Source: an uncultured bacterium (GTDB lineage Bacteria; Schekmanbacteria; GWA2-38-11; J061). From it: a DNA stretch of 23,410 nt. How positions within the stretch are numbered: position 1 is the stretch's first letter; the number at the start of each line of letters is the position of its first letter. The notes beneath the pieces are model-generated. The model was not told the DNA's origin. It did no database searches and saw only the letters and a program-made list of their open reading frames with translations. Position numbers and translations under genes: made by a program. Location of the stretch: contig CAZJVM010000041.1 of NCBI GenBank assembly GCA_964549305.1, forward strand, positions 1-23,410, given 5' to 3'. Below are positions 10,752 through 19,021 of the stretch, piece after piece.

Positions 10752-11171
10752 CTATTTTTGTTTTTCTTCTCTTTTCTGATTGAGGATTTCGGAAGCGACC
10801 ATAATGTGCCTTTTGCCGTAAGTTTTGCAAAAGGACACCAGTTTATTGAGTCCTCGGTCCTTTCTTTCCGAAAAGAATTTAATTAACATTGGCAGATTTA
10901 CGCCGGTTACAACCTCTACTTTGTTATCTTCCATAAAAGAAAGACTGAGGTTTGAAGGAGTGCCTCCGAACATATCCGTAAAAATCAAAACACCCTTCCC
11001 GGCATCAACTTCATTTATCGCCTTACTTATTTTCTCAACGATTGCCTCTTCGCTATCATTGAGCTTAATACCCACTGAACTGACACACTCCTGCCGTCCA
11101 AGAATCATTTCAGAGGACTTGAGAAGTTCAAAAGCCAGATTACCGTGGGTTACTATTATTGCGCCAACCAA
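10752..11171 (-). CDS. PTS mannose/fructose family EIIA
   Basis: 'IIVTHG' (phospho-His), 'TDMFGGTPSN', 'VTGVNLPML'. TTG start with an AAAGGAG RBS. Confidence 0.94.
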   Translation of the reverse strand: MVGAIIVTHGNLAFELLKSSEMILGRQECVSSVGIKLNDSEEAIVEKISKAINEVDAGKGVLIFTDMFGGTPSNLSLSFMEDNKVEVVTGVNLPMLIKFFSERKDRGLNKLVSFCKTYGKRHIMVASEILNQKREEKQK

Positions 11172-11197
11172 TTAATTTTTTCTCCTTTCAGGGAAAA

Positions 11198-12148
11198 TTA
11201 TACATCTGTTTTACTCTCTTCTATCATTTTATTCAAAAGTTTTCGATTAAGTTCTTCAGCCGGATTATAGCCCATTCTTTTCAATAAATGATTTCTCGCC
11301 GCAATTTCTATTATCATGGACATATTTCTTCCCGGTCCTACGGGTATAAGAACTTTAGGCACTGTCACTCCGAGAATTTCCACACTCCTTTCATCTATTC
11401 CTACTCTGTCATATTCCTTTTTTTCATCCCATTGCTCGAGTTCCACTATAACCTCTATCTTCTTTCTGTCCCTTATGGATGTAACTCCAAAGAGGTCTTT
11501 AATATTGATAATTCCAAGGCCTCTTATTTCCATATGGTAGCGTATGCTTTCCGGACTTGTTCCCATAAGAGTCATCGGAGTATTCTTCCTTATCTCCACT
11601 ACATCATCAGAAACAAGACGATGGCCTTTTTCCACAAGGTCCAGAACGATTTCGCTTTTTCCCACTCCGCTTTTCCCGTGTATCAATACGCCCACACCGA
11701 AAACATCCACAAGGACACCGTGAGTCGTAATTCTTTCCGCGAGTTTTTCGGCTAAATAATCAAGAAGAACCGAAATTAAATATGAACTTTGCTCCTTGGC
11801 GATTAATACGGGCGTCCTGTGTTTTTCAGCAATTTTAAGAGCATCATAAGGAATGTTATTGTCTTGAGAAACTACAACACAGGCAAGTCCCACCTTAAAA
11901 AGGTTCTCCAGTGAATCATTTGCCTTGTCTTCGTCAAGAGTTGACAGATAAGATATCTCGGTATTGCCGAAAACGCTTACGGTCTCCTCTTTTACTGAAT
12001 CGATAAATCCCGCCAGAGCGAGACCCGGTTTCTGAACCTGTGGATTACTGATTAGGTTGTCAAAACCCTCACGCGAGGATGCAACGGAAATTGACAGGCG
12101 GTTTTTTATTTCATCATAGAACTGCCGGACATTAATATGCTTTTTCAT
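11198..12148 (-). CDS. hprK: HPr(Ser) kinase/phosphorylase, full-length
   Basis: N-terminal 'QKPGLALAG', 'HGVLVDVFGVGVLI', Walker A 'GKSGVGKSE', 'GHRLVSDD', 'MEIRGLGII', 'PGRN'. Confidence 0.96.
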   Translation of the reverse strand: MKKHINVRQFYDEIKNRLSISVASSREGFDNLISNPQVQKPGLALAGFIDSVKEETVSVFGNTEISYLSTLDEDKANDSLENLFKVGLACVVVSQDNNIPYDALKIAEKHRTPVLIAKEQSSYLISVLLDYLAEKLAERITTHGVLVDVFGVGVLIHGKSGVGKSEIVLDLVEKGHRLVSDDVVEIRKNTPMTLMGTSPESIRYHMEIRGLGIINIKDLFGVTSIRDRKKIEVIVELEQWDEKKEYDRVGIDERSVEILGVTVPKVLIPVGPGRNMSMIIEIAARNHLLKRMGYNPAEELNRKLLNKMIEESKTDV

Positions 12149-12154
12149 CCGGAA

Positions 12155-12622
12155 TCAATTAAATTTAGAATCTGCTTCCACCAGAAGCGAATAAATTGAA
12201 GAACGGTTGTCGGCTTTTATCAAACTTTCGCGGGTTGCTTCGTCATTAAGCAGGCGTGAAAGTCTTGCCAACGCTTTTAAATGCATACCCACGGAATTTT
12301 CGGGACCAACAAGCAGAAAGAAAAGATAAACGGGATTTCCGTCCATTGAGTTAAAATCAACTCCTTCCATAGAACGTCCTACAACAAGCAATTCGTCATC
12401 TATGCTCGATATCTTGCCGTGAGGAATCGCAATTCCGTCACCTATTCCCGTGCTTCCAAGCTCTTCTCTTGCCTCGAGAATCTTAACTATATCAGCGGCA
12501 TCTTCTTTAAGTTTAAATGTACTTACAAGATGCGACGACAATTCAAGAAGGACGTCCGATTTTGAATTTGATTTTAGATTATCAATTATGAATTCTTCAT
12601 TTAGAAAATTTAATATTTTCAT
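12155..12622 (-). CDS. ptsN: PTS EIIA (Ntr/fructose type)
   Basis: 'REELGSTGIGDGIAIPHG', 'GVDFNSMDG', 'HLKALARLSR'; downstream of rpoN-hpf. Confidence 0.9.
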   Translation of the reverse strand: MKILNFLNEEFIIDNLKSNSKSDVLLELSSHLVSTFKLKEDAADIVKILEAREELGSTGIGDGIAIPHGKISSIDDELLVVGRSMEGVDFNSMDGNPVYLFFLLVGPENSVGMHLKALARLSRLLNDEATRESLIKADNRSSIYSLLVEADSKFN

Positions 12623-12651
12623 ATTTTATATCCTGTCAATACAAGTAAGAA

Positions 12652-12999
12652 TTATGATTCGATGTCTTCTGCATCAGAATCAATGTTTTGTAGTTCACTA
12701 CCTTCCTTCTTCCTTGCCGAATGATACCTGGCTTTTCTTTTCTTAAGCTGAGTTTCCAGTTTGTCAACACATTGGTCAACGGAAACATATAGGTCGTCGG
12801 TTTCCGCGCTTCCTATCATAATCTGGTCGTCCACGTGAACTGTTATTTCCGCGTAGTGACGATGTTTTTGAACGGTAAGCACCACTGAAGCTCTTATAAT
12901 ATTTTCAGTATATTTTTTAAGTTTTTTGATCTTTTTATTGACGTGGTCCTTTAACGCATCTGTTAACTCTATCTGTCTTCCCTGTATTTTTACCTGCAT
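12652..12999 (-). CDS. hpf: Ribosome hibernation promoting factor / RaiA family (short form)
   Basis: 'GRQIELTDALKDHV', 'DLYVSVD..VDKLETQLKK'; directly follows rpoN; 115 aa. Confidence 0.9.
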   Translation of the reverse strand: MQVKIQGRQIELTDALKDHVNKKIKKLKKYTENIIRASVVLTVQKHRHYAEITVHVDDQIMIGSAETDDLYVSVDQCVDKLETQLKKRKARYHSARKKEGSELQNIDSDAEDIES

Positions 13000-13023
13000 A
13001 TCCTCACCTGAAATTTAGTTAAT

Positions 13024-14472
13024 CTAAAGTATTTTCTTTCTCTTGTTTGAAGGAAGAAATTTTAATTCCTCTCTATACTTCGCCACAGTCCTTCTGGCAA
13101 CATAAAAATTCTCTTCCGCGAGAATTTTTACTATTTTTTCATCGCTCAGAGGTTTTTCCTTGTTCTCCGCATGAATGATGTTTCTGATTCTGTTTTTTAT
13201 GCTTTCCGATGATATGGAATCACCGTTTCCCGAGATTATCCCGCTTGAAAAGAAAAATTTAAGTTCAAAAATTCCGTGAGGGGTGTGCATATACTTATTG
13301 CTCGTCACTCTGCTTACGGTGCATTCATGAAGGGAAACATCATCTGCTATCTCTCTCAAAATCATCGGTTTAAGATATGCAATCCCCTTTTCGAAAAACT
13401 GTCTTTGTTTGTCAACAATGCTCTTTGCAACTTTATATATTGTCCGCTGTCTCTGCTGGATAGTTTTCAAAAGCCAGAAAGCGGAGCGCATTTTCTGCTC
13501 GATATATTCCTGAGTTTCCTTACTTTGCGTCTTCATCTTGCCAAGCATTTTTCTGTAGGAATTGCTTATCCTGATATTGTTAAACCCTTCTTCATTGAGA
13601 TAGACTACAAAATCATCATCGACTTTCACCACGTAAACATCGGGCACCACATAACGGATTTCATCTTCTCCGAAATTTCTCGCAGGTTTCGGATCAAGTT
13701 CTCTGATTACTTTAAGCGCTTTCTTCACAACGGATTCGGATACACCGCACGATTCCGCAAGTCTTCTGATGTTTAAAGATGTAAGTTCGGACATATGATT
13801 GTTCAATATTTCATATGCTATTGAATCTTTCATCCCCCTGTTTTCAAGCTGAATCATAAGGCAGTGACTAAGACCTTCGGATGCTATTCCTTCGGGAACA
13901 AAATCACGGAATAATTTATGGACATCTCTTATTTTCTTCAGTTCTATATCATACCTTCGCGCCATTTCTTCCAGCGCCATCGAAAGAAAACCATTTTCAT
14001 TTATGTTTCCTATAATAAGACTGCCTATCTTGCTCTCCTCATCGTTTGAAACCACCAAAGCCAGTTGCTTGTGCAGGTGTTCGCTGAGTGTTTCCTTAGA
14101 CGCAAGCATATTTTCGAGATTTGGCGCCTCTTCCGAAAAATCGGAACTCAACTTAAAACCGGAATTTTCCTGATAGGATTGCATAAATTCTTCCCAGTTA
14201 ATTTCTTTGAGAGATTCTGCACTGTTATCTTTACCGTCGTCATTTTTCGAGTTTTTTTCCTTGGAAACAACCTCCTCCACATCACCGGAAGGAATATCCT
14301 CCTGCACGGGTTCAGGTGTTTCCTCGAGAAGCGGATTATCGAGAAGTTCTTCTTTTATGCTTTCCTGAAGCTCGAGGCGGGAAAGGGTTAAAAGCTGTAT
14401 TGCCTGCCGTAACTCAGTTGTCATTACGAGTTTTTGTGTCTGTTTAAGCTGTAGTTTTACTTCGTATGCCAT
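13024..14472 (-). CDS. rpoN: RNA polymerase sigma-54 factor
   Basis: Gln/Leu-rich region I 'QLKQTQKLVMTTELRQAIQLL', 'NPLLE', HTH 'LHECTVSRV', RpoN box 'VARRTVAKYRE'. Confidence 0.97.
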   Translation of the reverse strand: MAYEVKLQLKQTQKLVMTTELRQAIQLLTLSRLELQESIKEELLDNPLLEETPEPVQEDIPSGDVEEVVSKEKNSKNDDGKDNSAESLKEINWEEFMQSYQENSGFKLSSDFSEEAPNLENMLASKETLSEHLHKQLALVVSNDEESKIGSLIIGNINENGFLSMALEEMARRYDIELKKIRDVHKLFRDFVPEGIASEGLSHCLMIQLENRGMKDSIAYEILNNHMSELTSLNIRRLAESCGVSESVVKKALKVIRELDPKPARNFGEDEIRYVVPDVYVVKVDDDFVVYLNEEGFNNIRISNSYRKMLGKMKTQSKETQEYIEQKMRSAFWLLKTIQQRQRTIYKVAKSIVDKQRQFFEKGIAYLKPMILREIADDVSLHECTVSRVTSNKYMHTPHGIFELKFFFSSGIISGNGDSISSESIKNRIRNIIHAENKEKPLSDEKIVKILAEENFYVARRTVAKYREELKFLPSNKRKKIL

Positions 14473-14481
14473 TTCACCCTT

Positions 14482-15213
14482 CTAATTCAACAGTTCGAAG
14501 TTATTACCAAGGTAAACTCTCTTAACGTTTTCGTTTGCGGCAATCTCCCCGGGAGTGCCATGTTCGATTACTTTACCCTCACTTATAATATATGCCCTAT
14601 CAGTAATTTTTAAAGTTTCCCTTACGTTATGGTCAGTTATTATTATCCCTATCCCCTTATTTTTCAATAAACTGATAATTTGCTGGATTTCATCGACTGC
14701 TTTAGGTTCAATCCCTGCAAAAGGTTCATCAAGAAGTATAAAATCAGGATTGGTAATAAGCGTCCTCGTTATCTCCAGTCTTCGTCTCTCACCTCCGGAA
14801 AGTGTAAATGCCTTATTCTTTGCCAGGTGGGATAGACCTAATTCTTCAAGTAGTTCCCGCAGGCGCTTTTTGCCGTTTTTTTCGGAAATATTCTGCATCT
14901 CCAATATTGCTTTGAAATTTTCTTCTACTGTCAGTTTTCTGAATACAGAAGACTCCTGAGGCAAATACGCAATCCCTTTTCTCGCTCTCATATACATCGG
15001 TAAAGGCGTTATATTTTTGTTATTTAAAACGATTTTCCCATTTTCGGGATTTATCATTCCCACCACCATATAAAAGGTAGTCGTTTTCCCGGCGCCGTTA
15101 GGACCTAACAGACCTATAACTTCGCCATTCGAAACTTCCATGGAAACTTCATTTACAACCTTGCGGTTTCCGTAAGTTTTGCTTACCGAATCTATTTCAA
15201 GTTTTTTAGCCAT
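14482..15213 (-). CDS. lptB: LPS export ABC transporter ATP-binding protein
   Basis: '[12 protein letters not shown]', 'YLPQESSVF', '[11 protein letters not shown]', 'LLDEPFAG', 'ITDHNVRE', 'VYLG'. Confidence 0.95.
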   Translation of the reverse strand: MAKKLEIDSVSKTYGNRKVVNEVSMEVSNGEVIGLLGPNGAGKTTTFYMVVGMINPENGKIVLNNKNITPLPMYMRARKGIAYLPQESSVFRKLTVEENFKAILEMQNISEKNGKKRLRELLEELGLSHLAKNKAFTLSGGERRRLEITRTLITNPDFILLDEPFAGIEPKAVDEIQQIISLLKNKGIGIIITDHNVRETLKITDRAYIISEGKVIEHGTPGEIAANENVKRVYLGNNFELLN

Positions 15214-15251
15214 CTTCTACACAAACTTATTAGAAAATACTTTCGTTAAAT

Positions 15252-15788
15252 TCAATTGTCACGGTCGCTTTTATCCTTTTTTTCTTTTTCCTTCTTGAAT
15301 GTTTTTGGCTCGATTTTAACCTGAGCGGAGTTAACCACTATTCTGTCCTGATCAAGATGCATACTGATACTGCTTCCCTTGAGAACATTGTTTTTCTGCC
15401 AGACAAGCGGGTTGCCCTCGAGCAGTATTTCCTGTGTATCGTCAAAATATGTACCCTTTTCCGCGGTGGCGTTTTTGTCGTCCTGGTTGACCTTTACATT
15501 TCCGAGTGCGACTATTTTGTTTATTTTTTTACTTGTCTTGTTAAGGTATATATCCATCCTGTCCGCCCATAAAGTCGCATTCTGTCTCATTGCCTTTACA
15601 TTGCCATAAAATATAATAAGGTCTTTTTTGTTGTATGCCTCCATCCTGTCCGAAACAATATTGATAGGGACGTTTTTCCCTCCTCCCCTGCTGAGAATAT
15701 CCGCAAGGGCGTTTTTTTCTTGCCCTCGAACAGAACCGTAAGGAATAGATAAAATCAAAAGACTAAATAGGATAATTAACCGTTTCAT
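15252..15788 (-). CDS. lptA: LPS transport periplasmic protein LptA
   Basis: Signal-peptide-like start 'MKRLIILFSLLIL' at ATG 15788; OstA-like beta-jellyroll motifs 'PINIVSDRM', 'GNVKA', 'ALGNVKV', 'LEGNP'; synteny. Confidence 0.85.
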   Translation of the reverse strand: MKRLIILFSLLILSIPYGSVRGQEKNALADILSRGGGKNVPINIVSDRMEAYNKKDLIIFYGNVKAMRQNATLWADRMDIYLNKTSKKINKIVALGNVKVNQDDKNATAEKGTYFDDTQEILLEGNPLVWQKNNVLKGSSISMHLDQDRIVVNSAQVKIEPKTFKKEKEKKDKSDRDN

Positions 15789-15831
15789 ATATTTCTCATA
15801 TTTTTTGGGTGAATTATAATACAAACATTCC

Positions 15832-16476
15832 TTAAATGAAACCATCTTCGCCTGCTTTTTTTACGACACCGGGAGTTACCATAAGCTTTACATTCGATAA
15901 AAATTCAACCTTTTCATCGTTAAGGTTCGCCTTCATTCCTACGCCTTCGATTCTGAAATCATTACCATACAATTTAACATTCCCTTTGGCTACAACATTT
16001 CCCTGAGTCCCCGTCCATATTAAATCTTCGCTCACGAAATTCATACCGCTCGTAGATACCGCTTTAACAGGTTTTGTGCATATAATATCCGCGTTGCCAA
16101 GACCCATCGTGAGGTCTTCATTAATATCAACCTTAACTACTGCCTCATCTCCGGTTATGGTTATCTTCTTCCCTTTTTCATAAACATAAACCAGCTTAAA
16201 CTTGTTGAGTTTACCACTGCTCTTATCCTGAAAAAAATCAGCTTTTTCAGCCGAGAGCGTGAACTTGGGAAACCCTTTTGTTGCCTGAGAAAAATGTAAT
16301 GGTTTTATGCTCACCGTGGGGATTTCGTTTTCGCTGCCGGAGGCATTCTCAGACTCTTTCTTTTTATCTTTGTTTCCTGTGCCCGATATGTAGACATTAA
16401 CGAATGTGGCAATCAAAATCAGAACAAAAAGGGAGAGCAGAGGATATCTTAATTTGTACAGAAACTTTTTAGCCAT
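15832..16476 (-). CDS. lptC: LPS export ABC transporter periplasmic protein LptC
   Basis: Single N-terminal TM helix followed by a beta-rich periplasmic domain; located between kdsC and lptA. Confidence 0.78.
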   Translation of the reverse strand: MAKKFLYKLRYPLLSLFVLILIATFVNVYISGTGNKDKKKESENASGSENEIPTVSIKPLHFSQATKGFPKFTLSAEKADFFQDKSSGKLNKFKLVYVYEKGKKITITGDEAVVKVDINEDLTMGLGNADIICTKPVKAVSTSGMNFVSEDLIWTGTQGNVVAKGNVKLYGNDFRIEGVGMKANLNDEKVEFLSNVKLMVTPGVVKKAGEDGFI

Positions 16477-16509
16477 TAATCTGCCGCCTGTTTCGTTTTG
16501 CGGGATTCT

Positions 16510-17037
16510 TCAGGCATAATATCTCTCCATAACCGACTCCCACTTTCCCTGTGTCTTCAGGATAATATCTAAAATTTCCCTTATTGCGCCGCATCCTCCG
16601 GCATTTTCCGCTATATAATCCGCGATTTCGGCAACTTCCTCAACAGCATCATTTACGGCAACCGAAAATCCTGCCCTTCGCATCACCGGAATATCCGGAA
16701 GGTCATCGCCGATATATGCCGTTTCTTCCGCCGTGTAATCGCCCTTTTTTAAAATATCATTGAATGCCTCAACTTTATTCAGCGCCTTTTCATAAACTCT
16801 TTCTATGCCCAATTCTTTCGCTCTTCTGGCAATAATCTGAGAAGTCCTTCCTGTTATTATGGCAACATCGAGACCCGCCCTTACAGCAAGCTTAATGCCG
16901 TGTCCGTCGCGAACATCAAACTCCTTGACATCATCTCCGTTACTGCCGTAAATAATCTTTCCGTCTGTCATTACTCCGTCAACATCGAGAATAATTATCT
17001 TAATTTTCTTTAGTTTCTCTGTAATCTCTTTATTCAC
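16510..17037 (-). CDS. kdsC: 3-deoxy-D-manno-octulosonate 8-phosphate phosphatase (HAD)
   Basis: 'LDVDGVMTDG', 'FDVRDGHG', 'IITGR', 'YIGDDLPD', 'GGCGAIRE'. GTG start 2 bp after the kdsD stop. Confidence 0.93.
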   Translation of the reverse strand: MNKEITEKLKKIKIIILDVDGVMTDGKIIYGSNGDDVKEFDVRDGHGIKLAVRAGLDVAIITGRTSQIIARRAKELGIERVYEKALNKVEAFNDILKKGDYTAEETAYIGDDLPDIPVMRRAGFSVAVNDAVEEVAEIADYIAENAGGCGAIREILDIILKTQGKWESVMERYYA

Positions 17038-17039
17038 CT

Positions 17040-18011
17040 TTACACTATGCCCGATCTTAAAATATCATGAAGATGAATCACTCCCTCAGCTTTTCCCTTT
17101 TCCGAAGCTACTACAAGAGAAGTAATGGAATGTTTTTCCATTATCTGAAGCGCTTCGACTGCAAGGGAAGACTGTGATATTGTCTTTGGAGAGGATGTCA
17201 TTAATTGTTTCGATTTTCTCTCTAAAAAATCGCCGTACTTTTCTATCAACCTTCTCAAGTCACCATCTGTAATTATCCCCTTAACCGCGCCTTCTGAATC
17301 ACAGACAATTACAATTCCAAGTTTCTTGGAGGTCATCTCAACAAGAGCGTCCTTCATCGGCGTATCCCCGCTGACAATTGGAATTTCATCTCCCCCGTGC
17401 ATAAGGTCTTCCACCTTTAGGATAAGTTTTCTGCCGAGATTTCCACCGGGGTGCAGCAGCGCAAAATCCTCTTTCCTGAACCCTCTTTTTTCAAGAAGCG
17501 CCACCGCTATGGCATCGCCCATTGCAAGAGTTGCCGTAGTGCTTGCCGTAGGCGCAAGTCCGAGAGGACATGCCTCTTTTTTAACACCCGTATTGATTAC
17601 GACTGAGCTTGCTTTTGCAAGAGCGGAAGACGGTTTTCCGGTAAGCGCGATAAGGTCAATGCCAAGGCGTTTGATTCCGGGGACAATTTCATTCAACTCC
17701 CTGGTTTCGCCGCTGTTTGAAAGGGCGATTACAACATCGCCTTTTGCAATCATGCCAATATCACCGTGTATGCCTTCCGCGGGATGAAGAAAAAAAGCGG
17801 GAGTGCCGGTACTCGCGAGAGTCGCCGCAATCTTGTTGCCTATCCATCCCGACTTCCCCATACCTGTTACAACAACACGCCCCTTGCAGTTGTAAATAAT
17901 ATTCACAGCTTTTGAAAAGGAATCGTCAATCCTGTCAACAAGGTCAAGGATAGCCGATGCTTCTGTCCTCAGGACATCCTTCCCATTTTCTATGCAATTA
18001 TTTTCGTTCAA
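17040..18011 (-). CDS. kdsD: Arabinose-5-phosphate isomerase (KpsF/GutQ family, SIS plus 2 CBS)
   Basis: 'TGMGKSG', 'ASTGTPAFFLHPAEGIHGD', 'EACPLGLAPTAST', 'HPGGNLG', CBS pair. TTG at 18011 has GGAG 6 nt upstream; the ORF track uses the alternative TTG at 18023. Confidence 0.93.
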   Translation of the reverse strand: MNENNCIENGKDVLRTEASAILDLVDRIDDSFSKAVNIIYNCKGRVVVTGMGKSGWIGNKIAATLASTGTPAFFLHPAEGIHGDIGMIAKGDVVIALSNSGETRELNEIVPGIKRLGIDLIALTGKPSSALAKASSVVINTGVKKEACPLGLAPTASTTATLAMGDAIAVALLEKRGFRKEDFALLHPGGNLGRKLILKVEDLMHGGDEIPIVSGDTPMKDALVEMTSKKLGIVIVCDSEGAVKGIITDGDLRRLIEKYGDFLERKSKQLMTSSPKTISQSSLAVEALQIMEKHSITSLVVASEKGKAEGVIHLHDILRSGIV

Positions 18012-18117
18012 ATCTGTCTCCAAATCTGCATTCGCTTATGTTTTACATCAAATATTCAAAATGTTACCGGCATCATAAAGACGAAAACGCTTTTTAAAAT
18101 TAATGAATAAGAATAGC

Positions 18118-18156
18118 AAAAAAAAGAGGAATTGTCTTCTATTTTAATTCCCTTTT
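18118..18156 (-). terminator. Possible intrinsic terminator after birA
   Basis: On the minus strand: GGGAATT-12 nt loop-AATTCCT, then C and an 8-T run. The stem is weak. Confidence 0.4.
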
Positions 18157-18191
18157 ATATAAAGGCAATAAAGGGTATTTTGCATAATATA

Positions 18192-18971
18192 TCAGGAAGT
18201 TATTAAAATCAGGTCTCCCGTCACTATCTGCTTCAAACTACCTTCAGGTGTCCTGATGAAAAGATAACCGTTTTCATCAATATTTTCCGCGACACCTACA
18301 ATGACATTTTCATCGTCAACGATTTTCACCCTTTTGTTTATGCAAAGCGAGCATTCCCTGTAATAATCAAAAAGAGGATTACTCTCATTACCGAAAAGTT
18401 TTTCGCAACAGGAATACAGAGAATTTATAAGCTCACCTGCAAAAGTCTCGATTTTCGTCTTTTTTCCGTACTCCAGAAACAATGAAGTGGGGGGATGCAG
18501 ATAACCATCTTCGAATTGAGATGTATTTACATTTACTCCTATGCCGCAAATTACATATTCAACCGCATCACCTTTCAACACCGATTCCGTTAAAACACCT
18601 GCGCATTTTTTCCCGGAAATCATTATGTCATTAGGCCATTTAATCTCAGCTTTTTCTCCGTAGCATTTTTCCACGGCATTTACAACGGCAAGGCATCCAA
18701 GCATTACATAGGAGAAGAAATTTATTTTATCGCCCATTGGCTTTATAAGGAAAGAAGCATAAACACCTTCGCCTTCAGGTGAATACCACTTTCTGTCTTT
18801 TCTTCCTCTACCGGCAGTCTGTCTGTCCGCTATTACGACTGCGTATCGGTCATCTATCTTCGACGCCAAATCCTTTGCGGCGATGTTTGTGGAATCGATG
18901 CTCGGAAAATAATGAATGTTTTCGGCGAATGAGGTATCCGAAACGACACTCTTTAAATATTCAATATCCAT
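18192..18971 (-). CDS. birA: Biotin--[acetyl-CoA carboxylase] ligase, class I (no N-terminal HTH)
   Basis: 'IDSTN', 'QTAGRGRKDRKW', 'KWPND', 'KKCAGVL', 'GIGVNV'; 259 aa. Confidence 0.93.
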   Translation of the reverse strand: MDIEYLKSVVSDTSFAENIHYFPSIDSTNIAAKDLASKIDDRYAVVIADRQTAGRGRKDRKWYSPEGEGVYASFLIKPMGDKINFFSYVMLGCLAVVNAVEKCYGEKAEIKWPNDIMISGKKCAGVLTESVLKGDAVEYVICGIGVNVNTSQFEDGYLHPPTSLFLEYGKKTKIETFAGELINSLYSCCEKLFGNESNPLFDYYRECSLCINKRVKIVDDENVIVGVAENIDENGYLFIRTPEGSLKQIVTGDLILITS

Positions 18972-19021
18972 ATGAATTCTCCTCTTTATTTGAATTCAGG
19001 AAAAGTCAATTCGTGATGTGA

